IMG/VR virus record: IMGVR_UViG_3300031857_000149
Coordinates: 792 to 64,791 of that record
Source: a virus
Taxonomy: Duplodnaviria; Caudoviricetes
Length of the DNA stretch: 64,000 nucleotides
Reading direction: 5' to 3' (one strand)
Shown piece after piece: positions 60,184-64,000 of this stretch. The translations under genes were made by a program, and so were the position numbers. Numbering within the stretch: position 1 is the stretch's first letter; the number at the start of each line of letters is the position of its first letter. Under the pieces are notes generated by a model that did not search any database, was not told where the DNA came from, and worked only from the letters and a program-made list of their open reading frames with translations.

Positions 60184-60205
60184 TTTTGGGATAAATTTCT
60201 TTTTT

Positions 60206-60213
60206 TATTTATA
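60206..60213 (-). promoter_or_regulatory. T4-type late promoter
   Basis: Exact TATAAATA upstream of gp25. Confidence 0.85.
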
Positions 60214-60217
60214 TTCG

Positions 60218-60466
60218 CTACTTCCAAGAACTACCATATGTTGGTTCAGTACCATATTCCCAGTCATCATAGTCTAAATCATTACGAATTTTTTTGTGAA
60301 TTTCATTTTGCTCCATTAAATTATGTCTTTGAATGTTCTCATCGTGCATAATTTCACGCATATGAACTTTATTGTCAGTGATTGTATAGTCTGTAATTAG
60401 TTTGTTTGTCCCCCAATTATCGAGCATATAATTGGTGTCTCTATCTGGATTTGGTTGAGTAGCCAT
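60218..60466 (-). CDS. hypothetical protein, 82 aa
   Basis: ATG ORF on the coding strand. Confidence 0.75.
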   Translation of the reverse strand: MATQPNPDRDTNYMLDNWGTNKLITDYTITDNKVHMREIMHDENIQRHNLMEQNEIHKKIRNDLDYDDWEYGTEPTYGSSWK

Positions 60467-60526
60467 CTGTTTTCTGTAAAAAGTAAAACAGAACTTTTAA
60501 AGGGGTTGCTATCCCTTTGTTTACAT

Positions 60527-60564
60527 AAAAAAAGTGATATTAAATCACAAGGATCAATATCACT
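60527..60564 (-). terminator. terminator-like hairpin
   Basis: AGTGATATTGA...TTAATATCACT followed by a T-run; AT-rich stem. Confidence 0.55.
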
Positions 60565-60581
60565 CTTAGTATATTACTTTT

Positions 60582-60734
60582 TTATTTATTCCCCTGTCCT
60601 CTGTATTTTTTCCTAGCTCCATTGCGAGACGAAGCGGCATATTTGGTTCCTGCTCCATCTCCCTGTCGAGTTTTTTTAGGGGGCCCTGGAGTATAAGAAG
60701 TTTTACCAGTGAAACTACCTTTTGCTTTAGCCAT
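60582..60734 (-). CDS. small basic protein, 50 aa (MAKAKGSFTGKTSYTPGPPKKTRQGDGAGTKYAASSRNGARKKYRGQGNK)
   Basis: Manual translation; GGAG Shine-Dalgarno; starts 3 nt after the upstream stop. Confidence 0.75.
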   Translation of the reverse strand: MAKAKGSFTGKTSYTPGPPKKTRQGDGAGTKYAASSRNGARKKYRGQGNK

Positions 60735-60737
60735 AAA

Positions 60738-60911
60738 TTAATCTCCAATAATCTCAGTTTCAATTTCAGAAGGGTTTGGAGAACCTGACTCATAATATTG
60801 TTGTGCCAGGTCCTCAATGACATCAAAGTATTCCTCCTGTGAAAGGTTGGAATAAATCTTTCTACCTTTACACAGGACGTTGTATGTTTCCGTGCTTGGT
60901 CTGTTAGTCAT
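60738..60911 (-). CDS. hypothetical protein, 57 aa
   Basis: ATG at 60911 in TGATG overlap with the upstream gene. Confidence 0.75.
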   Translation of the reverse strand: MTNRPSTETYNVLCKGRKIYSNLSQEEYFDVIEDLAQQYYESGSPNPSEIETEIIGD

Positions 60912-61666
60912 CAAATAATTCTTGTTTTCTCGTGACCAACTCTGATACGTGGATCGCACCAAATTTCAAATCCTGCTTCCTTTGCATCCAAACAGAAGCT
61001 CACATCTTCTCCACACATATCTTGAACCTCACCAGATTCAAAGACTTGCATCTTAGGAGCAAACCAAGGATACTTCATTTCGGGATGCTCAAAGACACCG
61101 TTCTTAATCAGAAGCCATCCAAAACCGGTATAATCAACGGTGAATGGCTTACGACGCTTGGTGATAGAATCAACGGTTTCGTGATTCATTACACCACCAT
61201 TGTTACGGAAATCATCTTCTTCTAACCAGTGTGCAACTGAAGTGGTGTGACCATCTTCTGTGGCATACCAACCTGCAGAAATGTCCTGATCAATTAGAAC
61301 GAGTTGATAGAACTTCTCAGTGTTGAAAACGATATCAGAATCGATCCAAAGTTGCCAATCATACTTAAGTTTGCCGTCCCAGGGAATTTGGTCCGGGCCA
61401 CGTAGAACATTTGCACCAAGACACTTACAACGTGCAAAGTTAACCATCGATGAATAGTCTTGTGAAATTTGAATACTTGCACCGTTCTGTACAAGATCAA
61501 AACACAACTGAACAAAACTCTTAAGATAGGTATATGAAACTCCTCTTCCTGGGAGACAGAATACGATTGATTTGCCTCGAATCATTTCACGGGCAAGATC
61601 ATAATCCCATTCCTCTTCCGATTGCTTAGGCGGAGTTTTTGCTTTAACAGTAAATCCTTTAGCCAT
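60911..61666 (-). CDS. GT-A fold glycosyltransferase-like protein
   Basis: WIDSD (DxD), G.GW.LI...VF, GEDVSFC, D....VGH.K. Confidence 0.8.
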   Translation of the reverse strand: MAKGFTVKAKTPPKQSEEEWDYDLAREMIRGKSIVFCLPGRGVSYTYLKSFVQLCFDLVQNGASIQISQDYSSMVNFARCKCLGANVLRGPDQIPWDGKLKYDWQLWIDSDIVFNTEKFYQLVLIDQDISAGWYATEDGHTTSVAHWLEEDDFRNNGGVMNHETVDSITKRRKPFTVDYTGFGWLLIKNGVFEHPEMKYPWFAPKMQVFESGEVQDMCGEDVSFCLDAKEAGFEIWCDPRIRVGHEKTRII

Positions 61667-61688
61667 AATAGAAATTAATTACTTCAGT

Positions 61689-61717
61689 ATCATACAGTAT
61701 TATATAGTGATTGTCAA
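61689..61717 (-). promoter_or_regulatory. sigma70-type promoter
   Basis: TTGACA-17 nt-TATGAT upstream of the GT-like gene. Confidence 0.8.
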
Positions 61718-61902
61718 TACGAGCGATTGTGATATTTTTCTTCTTCTGAGAGTTCAACATATTCAATGTCTTTCTCATCCACAACTTCTAAAATTTCTGC
61801 AAAATCATTTACGATCTTCCAGATTTCGGTAAATTTTTCTTCTGGAAGACTATGATATAAACATCTATTCTTTACGTAAATGTGGTAGACTCTATTATTC
61901 AT
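61714..61902 (-). CDS. hypothetical protein, 62 aa
   Basis: ATG at 61902 overlapping the end of the upstream ORF; weak resemblance to 60738..60911 (Y....K.R..Y..L..E.F). Confidence 0.7.
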   Translation of the reverse strand: MNNRVYHIYVKNRCLYHSLPEEKFTEIWKIVNDFAEILEVVDEKDIEYVELSEEEKYHNRSY

Positions 61903-62071
61903 TTTCGTGCTCGGATAATACAATGTCTCTTCCCTCAAGATTAATTTCAATCTCAGTATCTTCATACCAGGAAAGTTCATTCATCATCCATTCGGGAATC
62001 GTAATGTAATATTCCCCAGTAATTGGATCAACCTGTACGAGCTCAATATTTTCCCCGGATTTTTTTCTCAT
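61895..62071 (-). CDS. AbrB/MazE/SpoVT-like small DNA-binding protein, 58 aa
   Basis: Manual translation MRKNPGENIELVQVDPITGEYYITIPEWMMNELSWYEDTEIEINLEGRDIVLSEHENE; G...ITIP......L.W..D.EI......IVL pattern. Confidence 0.65.
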   Translation of the reverse strand: MRKKSGENIELVQVDPITGEYYITIPEWMMNELSWYEDTEIEINLEGRDIVLSEHENE

Positions 62072-62260
62072 GTGCGGTATTTTTAAATCGACTTTATTTT
62101 CTTTTTATATAGCGAAAAAAATTTTTATAATGAGCGTTATATTTACATCGCTTCCGTAACACTTTGTAGGTTAGGGTAGTTATGCGTTTTTATAACCGCG
62201 CCCCGCGCCGACATAACAAACCCCCCACAATTAACTGCCAAATCACGAACGAAGGCACAA

Positions 62261-62285
62261 GGGCAGTAAGCGTAACCTACTGCCC
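62261..62285 (-). terminator. GC-rich hairpin at the end of the early cluster
   Basis: GGGCAGTAGG-TTACG-CTTACTGCCC; only a weak U-tract. Confidence 0.45.
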
Positions 62286-62298
62286 CCCACACTCACTA

Positions 62299-62523
62299 TC
62301 AGCGAAGTGCCGCCTTAAGTGCAATCTCATCAGGACGAAGTTGCCCTGCCTTGAGTGCAGAATTAGCACCGGTTGAATTATGCCAACGTGAAGAACCACC
62401 GCCAACCCGTGACATTACCAATTCAGATTTGCGGGCGCGGCGAATAGGCAGGCGGGTAACCTTAATCAGACCCTGTGCCTCAGCGATTGCCAGTTCCAGT
62501 TTAGTCGCGGTGGTGAAGTTCAT
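62299..62523 (-). CDS. hypothetical early protein, 74 aa
   Basis: ATG at 62523 after a pyrimidine/A-rich leader. Confidence 0.7.
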   Translation of the reverse strand: MNFTTATKLELAIAEAQGLIKVTRLPIRRARKSELVMSRVGGGSSRWHNSTGANSALKAGQLRPDEIALKAALR

Positions 62524-62570
62524 TTGAGAGTGTAGAGAATTGTTTGGCGTAAGGCACGAACGGGGAAGGG

Positions 62571-62744
62571 TCACCCCCGCACTTCGTCAGAATGAACCTC
62601 AGCGAACTGTGCCGCCCATACGGTAGCGGGAATGCCCACGGGGTAAACCATAGCGGGGTTCTCATTCCAGCTGCTGCCGTCGTTACGGTAGGAGACCCAC
62701 ACGGTTTGGCGGTCCTTGAGGCGGGTAGCGGGAGAGAGGCGCAT
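62571..62744 (-). CDS. hypothetical early protein, 57 aa
   Basis: ATG directly downstream of the 37-bp repeated promoter/leader. Confidence 0.7.
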   Translation of the reverse strand: MRLSPATRLKDRQTVWVSYRNDGSSWNENPAMVYPVGIPATVWAAQFAEVHSDEVRG

Positions 62745-62745
62745 C

Positions 62746-62782
62746 GGAGGCGGTTGGTTGAACTGGGTTAATTGTAGCACGT
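62746..62782 (-). repeat. 37-bp direct repeat, copy 1 (extended -10 promoter + leader)
   Basis: ACGTGCTACAATTAACCCAGTTCAACCAACCGCCTCC, identical to 62982-63018; contains TGnTACAAT. Confidence 0.92.
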
Positions 62783-62797
62783 AACGGGGCAGGGGGG

Positions 62798-62980
62798 TCA
62801 GTCCCCCATCGCTTCCTTCAATGCCTCAAACGCTGCCATCCAATGGTCGGCATCGGCACGGTTGCCGGCAAGGCGCTCATCTACGGCAAAGCACAGCACG
62901 GCGGTTCGGATGGTGCCCCAAGTGCCATCGGGCAGGGTCAGGGTGGTAAGGTTCTCAGCGTTCCAGGGGGAGGCGGTCAT
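62798..62980 (-). CDS. hypothetical early protein, 60 aa
   Basis: ATG directly downstream of repeat copy 2. Confidence 0.7.
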   Translation of the reverse strand: MTASPWNAENLTTLTLPDGTWGTIRTAVLCFAVDERLAGNRADADHWMAAFEALKEAMGD

Positions 62981-62981
62981 A

Positions 62982-63018
62982 GGAGGCGGTTGGTTGAACT
63001 GGGTTAATTGTAGCACGT
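62982..63018 (-). repeat. 37-bp direct repeat, copy 2 (extended -10 promoter + leader)
   Basis: Identical to 62746-62782. Confidence 0.92.
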
Positions 63019-63026
63019 CGGGGGGG

Positions 63027-63188
63027 TCAGCGCCCGTCAGTGTAGTCTCCGATGATCACCCCATTCTGGCGGACCTGAGCGTAACCGTACTCCTCAGACA
63101 AATCCAGGCAGAGGTCCCAGGCACGGTCGGCGTCGGTGGTAGTGTTCTCCCAGGGGGCGGCGGGGCAGATCACGTCAAGGCGGGTCAT
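63027..63188 (-). CDS. hypothetical early protein, 53 aa (MTRLDVICPAAPWENTTTDADRAWDLCLDLSEEYGYAQVRQNGVIIGDYTDGR)
   Basis: Manual translation; downstream of a TATACT promoter. Confidence 0.7.
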   Translation of the reverse strand: MTRLDVICPAAPWENTTTDADRAWDLCLDLSEEYGYAQVRQNGVIIGDYTDGR

Positions 63189-63213
63189 TTGGTTCGTTTG
63201 CTTTGGTTCCCTT

Positions 63214-63271
63214 AGTATAGGGTCTCCGGACCCCCCAAGCGGAAACCCTGTGCCAGTGGTTTGACCGGCAC
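63214..63271 (-). promoter_or_regulatory. palindrome + -10 promoter (copy D)
   Basis: GTGCCGGTC-AAAC-CACTGGCAC, 30 nt, TATACT. Confidence 0.7.
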
Positions 63272-63283
63272 AGGGGTTAGCTA

Positions 63284-63433
63284 TTAGAATTGAATTTCAC
63301 TCAGAGTAGGAGCAGCAGCGGAATCAGAACCGCCACTGTCAGAAACCCCATTAGCAATTGAATCAAGAATTTGGAGAATTTGCTCACCATTGGAACCTTG
63401 GCGAAGGAGTGAGAGAATGACATCGCGGGACAT
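63284..63433 (-). CDS. hypothetical early protein, 49 aa (MSRDVILSLLRQGSNGEQILQILDSIANG...)
   Basis: Manual translation; fills the gap. Confidence 0.65.
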   Translation of the reverse strand: MSRDVILSLLRQGSNGEQILQILDSIANGVSDSGGSDSAAAPTLSEIQF

Positions 63434-63462
63434 AATGTAGAATGAAAAATGTTAGAAATGAT

Positions 63463-63491
63463 TGAGCAGTTTTAGGTCATGCTCAGGACCC
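63463..63491 (-). other. predicted H-type RNA pseudoknot in intergenic region
   Basis: GGGTC-C-TGAGCA-T-GACCT-AAAAC-TGCTCA: P1 GGGUC/GACCU, P2 UGAGCA/UGCUCA. Confidence 0.65.
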
Positions 63492-63496
63492 ACACT

Positions 63497-63757
63497 TTAG
63501 AAGTCGAAAACGTCTCCGTTGATTTCGGCGCGGTTAACTTTAGAGTCGTTCCACTTCACACCGTCAGGGGTTTCTTTGCTGCCGAATTCATAGAACAATT
63601 CCAGCAGTTCTTCATAGCAGCAAACATCATTTTGTTGAATGTATTCTTGGATGGATTCGTCATTCTCAATCCAGAGGACTACGTTCCAGGTTTCATAATT
63701 TGTCCAACCGTTGTAGGTTGCATCGGTGAGGCAAGTCTGGTAGGTTGCGGTTGCCAT
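63497..63757 (-). CDS. conserved phage hypothetical protein, 86 aa
   Basis: YNGWTNYETW.V.LWI.NDE motif typical of phage early proteins; own promoter. Confidence 0.8.
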   Translation of the reverse strand: MATATYQTCLTDATYNGWTNYETWNVVLWIENDESIQEYIQQNDVCCYEELLELFYEFGSKETPDGVKWNDSKVNRAEINGDVFDF

Positions 63758-63781
63758 TTGCGTTTCGTTTGGTATGAATCA

Positions 63782-63840
63782 ATTATAAGGGGTGGAAGTG
63801 CCGTTCTGGGGGAACCTTGTGCCAGTTCCCCAAGTGGCAC
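63782..63840 (-). promoter_or_regulatory. palindrome + -10 promoter (copy C)
   Basis: GTGCCACTT-GGGG-AACTGGCAC, 31 nt, TATAAT. Confidence 0.75.
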
Positions 63841-64000
63841 TCAGCAACCCATCCGCTGGCAAAGTGCCTCTAGATTCTTTTCAACTTGCTCGCTGAAAAG
63901 GGATTCTTGAATCACCTCCCGAATCTTCAGCAGAGCATAATCATATCCTTCATCATTCGTCAGTTGATTCTGATACTTTTCAGCAGTGGAGTAGCAGTCA
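63841..64000 (-). CDS. partial hypothetical protein (C-terminus ...EKNLEALCQRMGC)
   Basis: Open frame from the window edge to TGA at 63841-63843. Confidence 0.6.
   Translation of the reverse strand, partial: DCYSTAEKYQNQLTNDEGYDYALLKIREVIQESLFSEQVEKNLEALCQRMGC

Noticed and set aside
60498-60517. Short hairpin AAAGGG...CCCTTT
   Set aside because: Short stem; cannot be distinguished from chance or a secondary terminator
62745-63016. Identical N-terminal peptide MLQLTQFNQPPP on two ORFs
   Set aside because: This is the translated promoter repeat (the GTG lies at the -10 box); true starts are the ATGs at 62744 and 62980
63431-63499. Pseudoknot-driven stop readthrough fusing 63497..63757 to 63284..63433
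   Set aside because: The genes are in frame, but a second in-frame TAA lies between them and no slippery heptamer is evident
221-63910. Numerous + strand ORFs (e.g. 2390..2974, 4076..4705, 6633..7259, 63479..63910)
   Set aside because: All are antisense shadows of well-supported minus-strand genes or promoters, with no recognisable motifs
1-64000. tRNA genes, CRISPR arrays, diversity-generating retroelement, photosynthesis genes
   Set aside because: No cloverleaf, repeat-spacer array, reverse transcriptase or psbA/hli-like ORF seen by eye; a tRNAscan/Infernal run would be needed to exclude small RNAs fully

Overview
A 64 kb segment of a T4-like myophage whose gene order and content fit a cyanophage (Kyanoviridae-like; host inferred, no photosynthesis genes in the window). 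Every credible gene is on the minus strand. In transcription order (right to left) it contains: a GC-rich cluster of tiny early-type genes with repeated promoters (~62.2-64 kb); small conserved genes and a GT-A-like gene; baseplate genes (gp25, gp6, a 3979-aa gp7-like protein, gp8, a 2442-aa DUF4815-like protein); fibre and neck genes (gp13-15); gp16 and gp17 separated by three extra genes; gp18-gp23, gp3, uvsY, uvsW, gp55, gp47, gp46; a VWA/MoxR(CobS-like) pair; gp45, a DenV-like gene and gp44. No tRNA, rRNA, CRISPR array, intein or intron was recognised. Most notable observations: (1) a set of late-promoter genes that look like capsid-packaged cargo cut by the prohead protease (T4 IP-like 'MK(T/S)FxQF..E' leaders, a 581-aa modular polyprotein with x-x-E junctions, two paralogous scaffold+cargo cassettes, and a leader-tagged PD-(D/E)XK-like nuclease); (2) a promoter class with a 22-bp palindrome fixed 30-31 nt upstream of a -10 box and no -35; (3) a 58-aa NblA-like ORF missed by the ORF track; (4) a compact H-type pseudoknot; (5) back-to-back sigma70 promoters at gp55, one of them antisense. 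All family assignments come from motif recognition and synteny by eye, not from database searches.
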